From a virus (Duplodnaviria > Heunggongvirae > Uroviricota > Caudoviricetes): 43,895 nucleotides of DNA. This document shows positions 1 through 11,049 of the stretch, one piece after another. Made by a program: the position numbers and the translations under genes. A model generated the notes under the pieces. It ran no database searches and was not told the DNA's origin. It worked only from the letters and a program-made list of their open reading frames with translations. The stretch is taken from the IMG/VR virus record IMGVR_UViG_2548876954_000009. One strand, written 5' to 3'. Each line of letters starts with the position of its first letter. The first letter of the stretch is position 1.

Positions 1-234
1 ATGAAATCAAAAGACACCCTAAAGTGGTTCCCTGCGCAGCTTCCTGAAGTCAGAATTATCCTGGGAGATGCTGTCGTGGAAGTAGCAAAACAGGGAAGAC
101 CTATCAATACCAGAACATTGCTTGATTACATTGAAGGAAACATAAAGAAAAAGTCATGGCTGGATAACAAAGAATTATTACAAACAGCGATATCAGTTCT
201 TAAAGACAACCAAAATTTAAATGGTAAAGTGTAA
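1..234 (+). CDS. Hypothetical protein, possibly 5'-truncated by window edge
   Basis: 77-codon ORF starting at base 1 with ATG; no recognisable motifs. Confidence 0.25.
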   Translation: MKSKDTLKWFPAQLPEVRIILGDAVVEVAKQGRPINTRTLLDYIEGNIKKKSWLDNKELLQTAISVLKDNQNLNGKV

Positions 235-612
235 TACCTCCCCTGAAAAATAATTTTTCAATGCATTAAAAAATATCAACAACTACGTTATTCCGCAACA
301 ACCTACTTTTTTTACCATTTTTCCACTTTAACAACATTTTGCTCCACTTTTCCACGACCAAACAACTTAAAATCTGGTTAAAATAACATACAACACTATT
401 ATTCGTCTTCCTCGAGTCCGCCCGGAGTTCGAAAAACAAACCGAGTTAAAGCCATTTTTCAAAAAATCGATTTTTGGTTACACCAAAATTACGGGACTGC
501 ATCCGAATTCGTTTATTTTCGAACGTATACATACAAATATGTACAATAATAAGCGAAATAATTTTTGGATATGCATTATGATATGTACACCAATTTCGTA
601 TAGAGTCTCACT

Positions 613-1203
613 ATGTCTCGAATTTTTGCTTACTGTCGGATATCAACGCTGGATCAGCCCCCCGAAAATCAACGCCGGGAAATCGAAAGTGCAGGTTTTA
701 AAATCAAACCTCAGCAAATAATCGAAGAACACATTAGCGGCTCAGCAGCAACCAGTGAGCGTCCTGGTTTTAACCGGTTGCTTGCTCGCCTGAAATGTGG
801 TGATCAATTGATTGTGACAAAACTGGATCGCCTTGGTTGTAATGCAATGGATATCAGGAAAACAGTGGAACAACTGACCGAAACAGGTATCAGAGTGCAT
901 TGCTTAGCATTGGGGGGCATTGACCTGACCAGTCCAACAGGAAAAATGATGATGCAAGTAATTTCAGCAGTCGCTGAATTTGAACGAGACCTTTTACTTG
1001 AACGCACTCATTCCGGGATAGTAAGAGCCCGGGGCGCAGGGAAACGTTTTGGTCGACCACCTGTGTTAAATGAAGAACAGAAACAGGTGGTATTCGAACG
1101 AATTAAGTCAGGTGTAAGTATAAGTGCCATTGCCCGGGAATTCAAAACCTCGCGGCAAACCATTTTAAGAACCAAAGCAAAACTTCAGACACCTGACATA
1201 TAA
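613..1203 (+). CDS. pin: Serine recombinase, Pin/Hin/Gin-family DNA invertase
   Basis: N-terminal catalytic Ser motif YCRISTLDQ, resolvase-type core and C-terminal HTH; 196 aa typical of DNA invertases. Confidence 0.9.
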   Translation: MSRIFAYCRISTLDQPPENQRREIESAGFKIKPQQIIEEHISGSAATSERPGFNRLLARLKCGDQLIVTKLDRLGCNAMDIRKTVEQLTETGIRVHCLALGGIDLTSPTGKMMMQVISAVAEFERDLLLERTHSGIVRARGAGKRFGRPPVLNEEQKQVVFERIKSGVSISAIAREFKTSRQTILRTKAKLQTPDI

Positions 1204-1559
1204 AAAATAATCTCGGTGTGAGATGCTTTACGTCTTCCAAGCCCCCTTCCTTGCCGTAAATGGAAAGATACATCTAATTATAGAATTTATATGTTTTACC
1301 CTACGGCAGTGCTGGCCATTCAATATCCTGTGCAGTTGACGTATCAACACGGTTCAGCAATACCCGATACTTTTTCCAGGCTTCCCGCAATGAAGTCTCT
1401 TCCTCAATTACGATCTGCAGCATCCTGAAGTGGGGCGCACCACGCAAACATCACAAAATATTGTCGTTGTGATGGACCTGTGCAATAGTGAATCACGCTA
1501 CGTTTCTGTGTACAACGTACTGTAGTTTTCTTTACGATTTATAGCTGTACTGGTGAATC

Positions 1560-1889
1560 ATGAGCAATCTGAATCCATGCATGGTGTGTGGTGCCTGCTG
1601 TGCATTTTTCCGCGTCTCTTTTTACTGGGCCGAAGCCGATGATGCTGGCGGTACCATTCCCGCCAGACTCACTGAACAAATATCCCCTTATCATAGATGC
1701 ATGAGCGGTACCAATCAGAAAAACCCAAGATGTATTGCCCTTGCAGGAACCCCGGGAAAAAATGCCTGCTGTACGATATATGAAAATCGACCATCCACGT
1801 GCAGAGAATTCGCCATGTCTGGTGAGAACGGAGAAGTCAATGAGGCTTGCAATCGTGCAAGAGCTAAATATGGGCTGACACCGTTATAA
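1560..1889 (+). CDS. YkgJ-family putative zinc/iron-chelating CxxCxxCC protein (moron)
   Basis: CMVCGACC motif (CxxCxxCC) plus downstream Cys cluster; 109 aa; followed by a terminator. Confidence 0.65.
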   Translation: MSNLNPCMVCGACCAFFRVSFYWAEADDAGGTIPARLTEQISPYHRCMSGTNQKNPRCIALAGTPGKNACCTIYENRPSTCREFAMSGENGEVNEACNRARAKYGLTPL

Positions 1890-1907
1890 ATATACAATAA
1901 TTGCACT

Positions 1908-1942
1908 GCCCCGCCAGCTGTAGTTGGCGGGGCTTTGTTTTT
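1908..1942 (+). terminator. Rho-independent terminator after ykgJ-like gene
   Basis: Stem GCCCCGCCA/TGGCGGGGC with 8-nt loop followed by TTTGTTTTT. Confidence 0.65.
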
Positions 1943-2026
1943 CAGGTACAACAAAACCGCTTCTCAGCAGATTTTATTCGGCGGAGCGTCACCCGGTCAT
2001 TCAATACCTGTATCGGTTAATATGAG

Positions 2027-4831
2027 TTATAACCCGGATAACTTCGCTTCAAGCTCCTCAACCCTTTTTGTCAGTTTCTGAATATGGTGAATGAGAGGAA
2101 CAACCAGACGATCATACATCACGCCTTCAGCAACCATCCCGTTCAGGGAAATATCTTCCGGGTCGTCGTCATCTACAGCCTCACGCCAGTGAACATATTG
2201 CGGTGCAATCTCTCCAACTTCTTCCGCAATAAGGCCATAATGCCCCCAGTCCTTTCTGTCCCTTTCACAAGTCGAGCGATACCATACAGGACGCAGTTTC
2301 AACAGTTCGTCCGCGTACCTGTTCTCTAAAGACTCGATATCCGTCTTGTATCGACGTGATGAAGTCGAACGAAATACCATGTTGTAACCAGCAATCGGAC
2401 TTACGAACATGTTAGGACTATCGGTTGTTGTCTGAACATCAAAGATCTGCAGACTGTAACAGCTTAACGTCTGGAATCCTGCATCCAAAGAACCAGACTC
2501 AAGTTTCGTTGACGTAACAAAGTTACGGGTCATCTGGTTTACTTCGGATATGCTGTAAGCGCCGATTTCAAGCGGTGTGGGCAGTTTCTTTGTGTTCAGT
2601 GCACGACGCCATCCGGGGGAATAAGCAGTACCGTTAAACACATAGATAAATTCCGCATTAGTGAGGGCGTCAGAGACACTTGTCGTCGTGGCTGTTGTTA
2701 TTCGAATGGTGTAATGCGTTGCACTGTGACTGAATACTTCTATCACAGCTCCTGCCAGTGGAATAATGCCGCACCCAGTTTCACTGTCTGGTATGGAGGC
2801 GCTGTCAGCGTATGCCCAGGCACAGCGTGCCACCCATGCTTTTGTATTAAATGCACCATTATTCTGCAATATCGTCACTAACTGAGCCGTCGTTATCGAT
2901 GCACCATTACTCCCTGTGCCTAACCAGCCGGTTGGAGATGCAGGGCAACCAATATTCGCCGGTGACAGCGAAATATTAGCCGTTCCGTCAAATGAGACCC
3001 CATTAATGGTGCATGCTGTTTGCAGTTTTGTGGCTGTAGCTGCATTACCATTCAATGAACCAGTTAACCCGCCTGTAACAGACAACGGACCTGAAACTGT
3101 TCCTCCGGTTGTTGGCAGTGCTCCAATATCTGACGGCGTCGGTTTCTGATGTGAACTATACATCGTATAAACAACACCATCGGTAACGCTGGAAGGCTTA
3201 CTCGCTGAATATGTTGGCGAGGTATAAACAGAAACTGACGCATTTGCGGTACAATCCCAATGGATATTTACACTCGTCGCATAATTGCCAGTCTCAACGT
3301 AAATATCATATGTATCGCCGGATGTGTTGTTCCAGGCGAAATTAGTTAATCCGACGGCTGTACGCTTCCACAAAGCCCCGGTAATCCCTTTGGGGTTTCC
3401 ATTGCCTGCTCGTAGAACCAGTTCTGAAATGCCTGCCTGCTGTGGGGAGCCGACGTTGTAACCAGCACCACCAATCAATGCGATGTAAACGATGGAACTC
3501 GCTTGTGGCATTGTAACCGTAGCCAGTTTGAACCATCCTGCCCCGCCAGAGAAAGACATCGTTACTGAATTTAAAGTACCAATATCTTTCGGCGTTAATG
3601 TGATATCCGCAGTCAGTGCTTTCCCGTTAACTTTTCGGTCAGATGGCACCCTGCTGTTCGCATTGTCATTTGCTGCTTTAACTGCCTTTGGCGTTGCGGC
3701 CAGCGATTCACTGGTGCTGTCGACAGCACTGCTAAGTTTCACAACACCTTTAGTGGTAAGGCTTGCGTCCTCCATCGCAACCGCACCGGCAATCTCTTCA
3801 GCACGATTGGCTGCAGCTTGTGCACGCGTTGCAGCGGATTCAGCAGCAGTTTTGCTCTGAGATGCAGCCGTCGCACTACCAGCTGCCTCTGTTGCCTTCG
3901 TGGATGCCGTCGTGGCACTGCCCTTCGCAGCTGACGCCTGCCTGATCGCCTCATCTTTTGAAGCGGACGCCGAGGTAGCTGATGCAGACGCAGAACTTGC
4001 AGATTCAGCAGCTGCCGACTTAGAGGAAGCGGCATTGTCTTCTGAAGTCTTTGCATTTGTTTCAGAGGTTTTTGCTGCCGATGCTGAATCTTTCGCGGCT
4101 GTAGCCTGACTCGTCGCCTCAGTCGCTTTTGCGGTAGCTGTTGTTGCCGATGACGACGCGCTTTCTGCTGATTTTCCGGCGGCGGTGGCACTGGCTGCGG
4201 CATTCGTTTCTGACATTTTTGCCGCACCGGCACTGGTGGCCGCCGCGCTTTTTGAGGACTCTGCAGCGGCAGCACTTTTTGATGCTTCAGTGGCCTTTGC
4301 TGATGCCGTTCCTGCGCTGGAAGACGCTGACTGAGCAGATGATGCAGCCTGTCCGGCTGACGTGCTGGCGGCACGTGCTGAGCCTGCAGCATCGGTTGCA
4401 TGAGTTGCCGCCTCGCTGGCTGATGCACTGGCATCGCTGGCTGATTTTTTCGCGGCTGCCGTATTCTGTGCAACCGCGGAGGCGTTACGCGCCACCTCTT
4501 CCACCATCAGTTCAAAACGGCGCAGTGCCTCCGGACGGGCATCATCCTCCGTCATTGCGCCGAGAAAATCATTCAGCGTACCCGGCTGAGAATCTTCATA
4601 CACGGTGATGGTCCCGGCATGTGACGGCGGGAATCCCTCCACCAACAGGATGACGCTGTACTGACCGTACTCAACGTCCATTGTGTAACGCCCGGCTTCA
4701 TCCGGGTTTTCTGAAGCCACCGTGTTCACCACCACCGTGGTGCTGTTGCGCCTGGCTTTCAGCTGAATGGTGCAGTTCTGTATTGGTTTTCCCGCACCAT
4801 CTTTCAGTACACCTGAAATCTTTACTGCCAT
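2027..4831 (-). CDS. stf: Side tail fibre protein (lambda Stf-like N-terminus, Ala/Ser/Thr-rich repeat stalk, C-terminal intramolecular chaperone/S74-like domain)
   Basis: N-terminus MAVKISGVLKDG... resembles lambda Stf; long A/S/T-rich repeats; C-terminal ...YKTDIESL...GLIAEEVGEIAPQYVHW... resembles auto-cleaving chaperone domains; ATG at 4831 with GGGGTGAG RBS (ORF track start at 4837 is GTG). Confidence 0.85.
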   Translation of the reverse strand: MAVKISGVLKDGAGKPIQNCTIQLKARRNSTTVVVNTVASENPDEAGRYTMDVEYGQYSVILLVEGFPPSHAGTITVYEDSQPGTLNDFLGAMTEDDARPEALRRFELMVEEVARNASAVAQNTAAAKKSASDASASASEAATHATDAAGSARAASTSAGQAASSAQSASSSAGTASAKATEASKSAAAAESSKSAAATSAGAAKMSETNAAASATAAGKSAESASSSATTATAKATEATSQATAAKDSASAAKTSETNAKTSEDNAASSKSAAAESASSASASATSASASKDEAIRQASAAKGSATTASTKATEAAGSATAASQSKTAAESAATRAQAAANRAEEIAGAVAMEDASLTTKGVVKLSSAVDSTSESLAATPKAVKAANDNANSRVPSDRKVNGKALTADITLTPKDIGTLNSVTMSFSGGAGWFKLATVTMPQASSIVYIALIGGAGYNVGSPQQAGISELVLRAGNGNPKGITGALWKRTAVGLTNFAWNNTSGDTYDIYVETGNYATSVNIHWDCTANASVSVYTSPTYSASKPSSVTDGVVYTMYSSHQKPTPSDIGALPTTGGTVSGPLSVTGGLTGSLNGNAATATKLQTACTINGVSFDGTANISLSPANIGCPASPTGWLGTGSNGASITTAQLVTILQNNGAFNTKAWVARCAWAYADSASIPDSETGCGIIPLAGAVIEVFSHSATHYTIRITTATTTSVSDALTNAEFIYVFNGTAYSPGWRRALNTKKLPTPLEIGAYSISEVNQMTRNFVTSTKLESGSLDAGFQTLSCYSLQIFDVQTTTDSPNMFVSPIAGYNMVFRSTSSRRYKTDIESLENRYADELLKLRPVWYRSTCERDRKDWGHYGLIAEEVGEIAPQYVHWREAVDDDDPEDISLNGMVAEGVMYDRLVVPLIHHIQKLTKRVEELEAKLSGL

Positions 4832-4841
4832 ACTCACCCCA

Positions 4842-4869
4842 CAAAAAAGCCCGCCTGAACCTGCGGGCT
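4842..4869 (-). terminator. Rho-independent terminator downstream of lom
   Basis: Stem AGCCCGC/GCGGGCT with 8-nt loop, T-tract on minus strand. Confidence 0.5.
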
Positions 4870-4895
4870 GTCATAACACTGTGTTACCTGGCTAA

Positions 4896-5495
4896 TCAGA
4901 ATTTATAACCGACACCCACGATGAAACCGTCAGTGCGCCAGTCACCACTGCCGGAGCCTTCATAAGCGACATCAACGGCCACGGATTCGGTCGGGTTAAA
5001 CTGCACGCCAGCCCCCCACGCCAGAGACGTGTTACTGTGGCGACCGTCATCACTTCCGGTCAGCACATCGTGCGTTTTCCCCTTGTTGTCAGTTACGCGG
5101 AGATAATCCCCGGAAAAAGCCGACACACGGCTGTAAGCCACACCCGCCATCGCATACGTGCTGAACCATTCATTCACGCGCACAGATGGCCCCGCCATCA
5201 CGCTGAACCAGCGGTTACGAACGGAATCTTCATGCCAGCGGGTATCGCTGTAATGGGTCAGCTGGCGATTCCTGTCTCCTGCATAGCTGAATGACGTCAC
5301 CACCCCCAGTGTGTCCGTAAACTCATAACGGTATTTCACGTTAATCCCGTTAAGCTCATCGCTGCCGGAAACGTTCGTCGGGGCATGAAGATAGCCCGCG
5401 CTCAGCGTGGACTGATGTTCAGACGCCCATGCAGGCGCACCGGATACGGCCAGACAAATGGCTGCGGACAAAATGGCTGCACAAACTTTACGCAT
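4896..5495 (-). CDS. lom: Lom/Ail-family outer membrane beta-barrel protein
   Basis: 199 aa, N-terminal signal peptide, C-terminal GYKF; position immediately after J as in lambda. Confidence 0.9.
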   Translation of the reverse strand: MRKVCAAILSAAICLAVSGAPAWASEHQSTLSAGYLHAPTNVSGSDELNGINVKYRYEFTDTLGVVTSFSYAGDRNRQLTHYSDTRWHEDSVRNRWFSVMAGPSVRVNEWFSTYAMAGVAYSRVSAFSGDYLRVTDNKGKTHDVLTGSDDGRHSNTSLAWGAGVQFNPTESVAVDVAYEGSGSGDWRTDGFIVGVGYKF

Positions 5496-5518
5496 AATTA
5501 CCTCTCGCTTTTCTGCAA

Positions 5519-5543
5519 TAAAAAAGGCGCCATTTCTGGCGCC
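5519..5543 (-). terminator. Rho-independent terminator downstream of J
   Basis: Stem GGCGCCA/TGGCGCC, loop TTTC, T-tract on minus strand. Confidence 0.5.
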
Positions 5544-5565
5544 CGTTATTAGGGTTATAAATATT

Positions 5566-8500
5566 TCAACGGATACTGATGCCGGAAGCCGCTTTTTTGG
5601 TCACAATCACCGTACAGTCGGTGATATTGCCTGCCCCCTGATTCCCTTTCTGGAAAATCTTAAACTCCAGAGTGACGCTTCCCCTGCCACCCGGCATATC
5701 AATAACCGCACTGTAACTACCGGGAATGGCCCCTTTAGTTTCTCTGGATGCGATTAATACGCCGTTTTTGCGAACTTCAAATCCATAACCCGTGTACCTT
5801 GTACCTCCCGGATTATTACCACTTCCCGGATCGGTATACGCTATACCGTTAAAGATAATGGGCGGGATAATAATCTGACGGTCAAAGTTATGATCATCGC
5901 TGATGGTGACTGTAACCGTCCCGTCTGGCGTTTCCGTGTTACCCCACGTACCGACTTTTTTCGGGAAGGCTTTTGATACAGCTTTAACGAAATCCCCTCT
6001 GACCTGGGTCGCCTCCAGCATGCCCTTAATCGTACAGTTCTCACTTATCGTGACATTGTTGAGCGTTCCTGAGTTCGCATTCACGTTACCGCTGATATCA
6101 GCGTTTTTCGCCGTCAGCCGCCCGTCCGGTGTCAGGGAAAATGCCGGAGGATTGCCGCCGCTGGTGATGGTCGGGGCCGTCAGACGCTTCAGGAACACGT
6201 CGTTCATGAATATCTGGTTGCCCTGCGCCACAAACATTGGTCGTGTGTTGCCATTAGACGGATCAATAAACGCAATACGGTTAGCGGCGACCAGAAACTG
6301 GCTCAGTTTGCCTTCCGGCGTGTCCTCCATGCTGAGGCCAAGTCCCGCGACATAATGTTTGCCGTCTTTGGTCTGCTCAATTTTGACGCCCCACATGGCA
6401 TTCCATTTATCACTGGCGTCCTTCCACTCTTTCGAAAACTCCTCCAGTCTGCTGGCGTTATCCTCCGTCAGCTCGACTTTTTCCAGCAGCTCCTTGCCGA
6501 GATGGGATTCGGTTATCTGGCCTTTGAAAAAATCCAGGTAACCTTCCGCATCATCGCTCGCCTGACCGACAGCCTCCACGAATACCGATTTGCCAACGGT
6601 GTTCACACTGCGGATATAAAAGTAGTAATCAGAACCCGGCTTAATATTGATACTGGCGGCTATCCAGTACATCCCCGTGCCAAGATAGCGCGCGCTGGTT
6701 TCAACCTGCCGGATATCGGCAATCCGCTTTTCCGAAAACCAGAACTCAAACTGTACCGTCGGGTCATAAACTGCAAGATGCGGCGTGGCGGTTATCTGAA
6801 AATAGCCCGGCGTCAGCTCAATCTGTGACGGCGCTGCCGGTGCGGCAATCCTGAACGATACCGACGCCGGGTCGCCCTGCTGTCCCCACGCATTTACCGC
6901 CCGGACTGTCAGCCTGTAGTTCCCTGGCGCCAGTTGCGTGAAGCGGTATGTGGTTTCCGTCGTCCTGGCCGTGCTGACCAGCCGCTCACTGCCGTCGTCT
7001 GCTGCCACAGTCAGGCGAAGCATAAAGCTCACCCCCTTCACCACCTTCGGCGTGTCCCAGCGCGCCAGTACCTGATATTCCCCGCTGTCTGCCGAAACTT
7101 CGGCGGTCAGGTGCTGCACCGCTGGCGGCGTGACACCGTTCACCGTGCCGCTCTGGTCGCCGTCAAAGTGCGCCCCGTTATCCACGATGGCTTCTTTTTC
7201 CGGTACATGCTGCACGGCAGTGATGGCATACGTGCCGTCATCGTTCTCACGGATACTCACACAGCGGAACAGGCGCTGGCGCAGCGTCGGCAACTTCAGC
7301 CCCCACACGCTGTATCCGGCAACGCCGTCAGGGATACGGTTCACTTTCACCTGCACGCCGTCGGTGACAGACTGGACCTCCACGCTGACCGGACTCCCCG
7401 TCCCGTCAACCAGGCTTATCAGCGTGGTACCGGAGGATGGCAGCGTGATTTCACGGTCGAGCGTCAGCGTCCGGGTCTGGCTGTTCACCGCCAGTACGCG
7501 CCCGCCGGTGCTGATACCCGCATAGTCATCATCGCAGATTTCAATGACGTCTCCCGGTACATGGCGAAGCCCTTCTGCACCCACGCTGAAATCCACGGTC
7601 TGCGTTTCCAGCAGTTCTGTTTTAATCAGCCACAGCCCGGCGCGGTGTGCCTGCCCCCGGCTGGTACAGCCAAAGGCATCCATCTTCGTGACGTTACGAC
7701 CGTAACGGGCAATGGCCTGCGTGTCCTCCACAAGCTCTGTTGCCGTCTCCCAGCCGTTGTCCGGGTCAATCCAGTTCACCTCAACGGCATTATGGCGGTC
7801 CTTCAGGGCGCTGAAGCTGTAGCGGAACGGCGCGCCATCATCCGGCATCACCACATTACTGCGGTTATAGGTCCACACCTTATCCGATGGCCGGTCCTGC
7901 ACGAACGTCAGCGTCTGCCCGTTCCATACCGGCATACAGCGCATCGCCGAGCAGAAATCACTGAGCACATCCCACGCCTTGCGCTGTGTGGTCAGGTACG
8001 CATTACAGGTGATGCGCGGCTCCGTGCCGCCAGAGCCATCCGGTACCGACTGGTCGCAGTACCGACCGATGGCATACAACGCCCATTTATCAACATCCGC
8101 CGCACCAAGACGTTTCCCCATGCCGTAGCGCGGGTGGGTCAGCATGTCCCACAGACACCAGGCCATGTTGTCGCTGTACGCTGGCCTGAACGTTCCGTCC
8201 CAGATACCGCTGTATTGCCGTGTTTGCGGGTTATAGTTCGACGGCACCTGCAGAATGCGCCCGCGCAGATGATAATTACGGCTCACCTGCTGGCTGCCGA
8301 ACTGCTCAGAGTCCACCTGCACGCCGACCAGTGCCGTGTTCGGGTAGCACTGTTTCACATCGATAATTTCGGTGTATGACGACCAGAGCGTTTTGTTCTG
8401 CAGCTGGTCTGTGGTGCTGTCCGGCGTCATCCTGCGCAGCCGGATATTGAACGGGCGCGGCGGCAGGTTATCCACCACCACCGAGGCCAGATACTGCGAG

Positions 8501-8979
8501 GTGGTTTTGCCCTTAATGGTGATGTCTTTTTCCGTCACCCAGCCACCATTACGTTGTATCTGAACCAGCAGGCGGACTTCCGACGGATTCCGGTCCCCCT
8601 TTGAAGTGGTTTCCACCAGTGCCTGCACACCGAAGGTCAGGCGCAGACGGTCGATGTTTGCCGACGTGATGGTGCGGGTAATCGGCGTGTCGTACTTCAC
8701 TTCCGTACCCAGCACCGTCTCGGAGCCGGAGGATTCAAATCCCTCCGGCGGTGTCTGCTCCTGCTCACCTGCCCGGAACACCACCGTGACACCGGAGATA
8801 TTGGTATTCCCCTCACTGTCCAGCACCGGCGTACTGTTCAGCAGCACGCTTTTTAATCCATCCACCGGACCTTCAATCGGCCCTTCACTGATGGCGTCTA
8901 TCACGCTCAGCAGCTGGGATGATTTCAGGTTGTCCTTCGCTTCGCGCGGGGTATGCCCCTTACTGCTGCCTTTACCCAT
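5566..8979 (-). CDS. J: Tail tip host-specificity protein J (central tail fibre)
   Basis: 1137 aa; N-terminus [20 protein letters not shown]... matches lambda J; fibronectin-like repeats; GAGGA RBS. Confidence 0.95.
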   Translation of the reverse strand: MGKGSSKGHTPREAKDNLKSSQLLSVIDAISEGPIEGPVDGLKSVLLNSTPVLDSEGNTNISGVTVVFRAGEQEQTPPEGFESSGSETVLGTEVKYDTPITRTITSANIDRLRLTFGVQALVETTSKGDRNPSEVRLLVQIQRNGGWVTEKDITIKGKTTSQYLASVVVDNLPPRPFNIRLRRMTPDSTTDQLQNKTLWSSYTEIIDVKQCYPNTALVGVQVDSEQFGSQQVSRNYHLRGRILQVPSNYNPQTRQYSGIWDGTFRPAYSDNMAWCLWDMLTHPRYGMGKRLGAADVDKWALYAIGRYCDQSVPDGSGGTEPRITCNAYLTTQRKAWDVLSDFCSAMRCMPVWNGQTLTFVQDRPSDKVWTYNRSNVVMPDDGAPFRYSFSALKDRHNAVEVNWIDPDNGWETATELVEDTQAIARYGRNVTKMDAFGCTSRGQAHRAGLWLIKTELLETQTVDFSVGAEGLRHVPGDVIEICDDDYAGISTGGRVLAVNSQTRTLTLDREITLPSSGTTLISLVDGTGSPVSVEVQSVTDGVQVKVNRIPDGVAGYSVWGLKLPTLRQRLFRCVSIRENDDGTYAITAVQHVPEKEAIVDNGAHFDGDQSGTVNGVTPPAVQHLTAEVSADSGEYQVLARWDTPKVVKGVSFMLRLTVAADDGSERLVSTARTTETTYRFTQLAPGNYRLTVRAVNAWGQQGDPASVSFRIAAPAAPSQIELTPGYFQITATPHLAVYDPTVQFEFWFSEKRIADIRQVETSARYLGTGMYWIAASINIKPGSDYYFYIRSVNTVGKSVFVEAVGQASDDAEGYLDFFKGQITESHLGKELLEKVELTEDNASRLEEFSKEWKDASDKWNAMWGVKIEQTKDGKHYVAGLGLSMEDTPEGKLSQFLVAANRIAFIDPSNGNTRPMFVAQGNQIFMNDVFLKRLTAPTITSGGNPPAFSLTPDGRLTAKNADISGNVNANSGTLNNVTISENCTIKGMLEATQVRGDFVKAVSKAFPKKVGTWGNTETPDGTVTVTISDDHNFDRQIIIPPIIFNGIAYTDPGSGNNPGGTRYTGYGFEVRKNGVLIASRETKGAIPGSYSAVIDMPGGRGSVTLEFKIFQKGNQGAGNITDCTVIVTKKAASGISIR

Positions 8980-9039
8980 TCCTCATGCTCCATAAACGAC
9001 AAAACCGCCCTGAGGCGGTTTCACATAAAACATGTTCCA

Positions 9040-9711
9040 TCAGCGACCAATCACCACAACCTGACCACCGTCCCCCTCGTCTGCCGTGCTGATCTCCTGA
9101 GAGACAACACGTGACCCCACGCGCATTTCACCGTACAGAACAGGCAGAACATTGCCCTGGGCAACCATGTTGTCCAGTGACGAGAAATACGTGTTCTGCT
9201 TACCGTTATCCGTTGTTTGTGTGCGGGGAGTTCTGGGTTTAGGGGCCAGCATCTGGGCCACACCGCCAAGCACCATACTGGCACCGAGAGAAAACAGGAT
9301 GCCGGTCATACCACCGGCCCCAATGGCTGCCCCCCATGCTGCAAGAGTGGCTCCGGCAGTAAAGAATGATCCGGCAATGGCGGCAGCCCCCAGAACAATC
9401 TGGAATACGCCACCTGACTTGGCCCCGGCGACTCTGGGAACAATATGAATCACAGCGCCATCAGGCAGAGTCTCATGTAACTGCGCCGTTAATCCGGACG
9501 TGCTGACATCCTGCCCGGCAATCCGTACCTGATACCAGCCGTCGCTCAGTTTCTGACGAAACGCCGGGAGCTGTGTGGCCAGCGCCCGGATGGCTTCAGC
9601 CCCCGTTTTCACACGAAGGTCGATGCGGCGGCCAAATCGTTGTAAATCCCCGTAAAGGCAGATGCGTGCCATGCCCGGTGACGCCAGAGGGAGTGTGTGC
9701 GTCGCTGCCAT
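9040..9711 (-). CDS. I: Tail tip assembly protein I
   Basis: 223 aa, MAATHTLPLASPGMARICLYGDL... lambda I-like; overlaps K 3' end by about 100 nt as in lambda. Confidence 0.95.
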   Translation of the reverse strand: MAATHTLPLASPGMARICLYGDLQRFGRRIDLRVKTGAEAIRALATQLPAFRQKLSDGWYQVRIAGQDVSTSGLTAQLHETLPDGAVIHIVPRVAGAKSGGVFQIVLGAAAIAGSFFTAGATLAAWGAAIGAGGMTGILFSLGASMVLGGVAQMLAPKPRTPRTQTTDNGKQNTYFSSLDNMVAQGNVLPVLYGEMRVGSRVVSQEISTADEGDGGQVVVIGR

Positions 9712-10346
9712 TTTTCGGTATACCTCTCTCGTTTGCTCAGTTGTTCAGGAATATGGTGCAGCAGCTCGCCGTCACCACAGTAAATGGCGGCATGATTCGG
9801 CACCGATGAACCAAAACAGCACAGCAGCACATCGCCCGGCTGCGCCGCTGACAACGGCACCTGATACAGCCCTGTGGCCTCCAGATTATCCAGATAGAGA
9901 TTCTGACCGTTACGCCACCAGTCATCCTCACGATGAAAATCCGGCATCTCAATCCCCGCCAGATGGTAAGCATCCCGGAACAGCGTGTAACAATCTGTCA
10001 CCCCGTGCTCAAAGTGCCGCCCGGTGAGATGCGGCACACAGCGGAATTTATGAATCTCACCCCGGCAGACCAGCCACCACGGCAAATCACTCTGCACCTG
10101 CATCCGCCGGTCGGCCTCACTCAGCCAGGGCAGACCACCGGGGTGGCTGTGGACCAGCGCCACAATCTCACCCTGCATCTCTGCCTGCAGCCAGTCTTCC
10201 GGCGACATACGGAAATACGCCTCCGGCTCACCGGAGATATTCACGCAGGGGAAATATCTTTCCCCCTCCGGCGTGCTTACCACGAAGCCGCACGACTCCG
10301 CTGGCGCACATCGCCGGGCGTGCGCCAGAATCGCTGATTCTGTCAT
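9609..10346 (-). CDS. K: Tail tip assembly protein K (MPN/JAMM plus NlpC/P60-like); start taken at ATG 10346, alternative internal start at 10208
   Basis: JAMM motif HSHPGGLPWLSEAD; lambda K-like C-terminus; in-frame extension MTESAILAHARRCAPAESCGF upstream of the classical start. Confidence 0.85.
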   Translation of the reverse strand: MTESAILAHARRCAPAESCGFVVSTPEGERYFPCVNISGEPEAYFRMSPEDWLQAEMQGEIVALVHSHPGGLPWLSEADRRMQVQSDLPWWLVCRGEIHKFRCVPHLTGRHFEHGVTDCYTLFRDAYHLAGIEMPDFHREDDWWRNGQNLYLDNLEATGLYQVPLSAAQPGDVLLCCFGSSVPNHAAIYCGDGELLHHIPEQLSKRERYTEKWQRRTHSLWRHRAWHASAFTGIYNDLAAASTFV

Positions 10347-10350
10347 GGGT

Positions 10351-11049
10351 TTACTGCGAAAGTTTGTTAATGGAAAGGAAGCCGCCAAAGTTGCCGACGT
10401 TATTGCGAAACTTACAGCCGCTCAGGCATTTGCTGCATTTATCCTTCGTGATATCGGACGTTGGCTGGTCATATTCATCCGCGACCGCCGGACCGTGATA
10501 ACCGCACTCATCGCCGCGATAGGTCCAGGTGCAGGTGTTGGCCAGCATGATACGTCCCGGAAAAACAGCGCCGTCCGTTTCCGTCGGCGTGGACAGTACA
10601 AAAGAGGCACTGACCGCGCTCAGTTCGCTGCACTGCTCAATGCGCCAGCGGCTGATCACCTCCTGCTCCGGGTCTGCCTCGATGTTTCCGTTGACGAAGT
10701 TCACCGCATCCAGAAAACGGGCGTAAACCTTACGCCGGACCACCGTTCCGCCGACCAGACTCTGCATATCTTCCACCATGCCGGTGACCATACCGTACAG
10801 GTTAGAAACCGTCAGCGTGGGGCGCGTACTGGTGCCTTTGCCATTCAGTTCAAAACCACTCCCCTGAATGGGATACGGCTGATACTGTCGCCCCTGCCAG
10901 GTGACCGGCTCACCTTTTTCGTTCTGCTCATTGCAGAAAAAATAACGTTCTCCACCGACCTCTGTCAGGTCGATTTCCCAGAGCACCACGCTGGCCGACT
11001 GCTCCGCACGGGTGCATTCATTCAGTGTTTCCTGCCGGATATCCTGCAT
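10351..11049 (-). CDS. L: Tail tip protein L
   Basis: 232 aa, lambda L-like, Cys cluster near C-terminus. Confidence 0.95.
   Translation of the reverse strand: MQDIRQETLNECTRAEQSASVVLWEIDLTEVGGERYFFCNEQNEKGEPVTWQGRQYQPYPIQGSGFELNGKGTSTRPTLTVSNLYGMVTGMVEDMQSLVGGTVVRRKVYARFLDAVNFVNGNIEADPEQEVISRWRIEQCSELSAVSASFVLSTPTETDGAVFPGRIMLANTCTWTYRGDECGYHGPAVADEYDQPTSDITKDKCSKCLSGCKFRNNVGNFGGFLSINKLSQ

Noticed and set aside
235-2027. Searched for gix/hix/pix-type 26-bp crossover sites around pin and the tail fibre 3' end
   Set aside because: Only a one-sided partial match (CAAAACCTCG inside the pin 3' coding region) was seen, with no symmetric partner; an invertible segment cannot be supported from the sequence.
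3739-4473. 244-aa minus-strand ORF and several plus-strand ORFs (3492..4608) inside stf
   Set aside because: Alternative-frame or antisense artefacts of the Ala/Ser/Thr-rich repeat region of the tail fibre gene; Pro/Arg/Gln-rich low-complexity translations.
6934-8379. 481-aa plus-strand ORF
   Set aside because: Lies antisense to the well-supported J gene; Arg/His/Pro-rich composition typical of a spurious reverse-frame ORF in GC-rich coding DNA.
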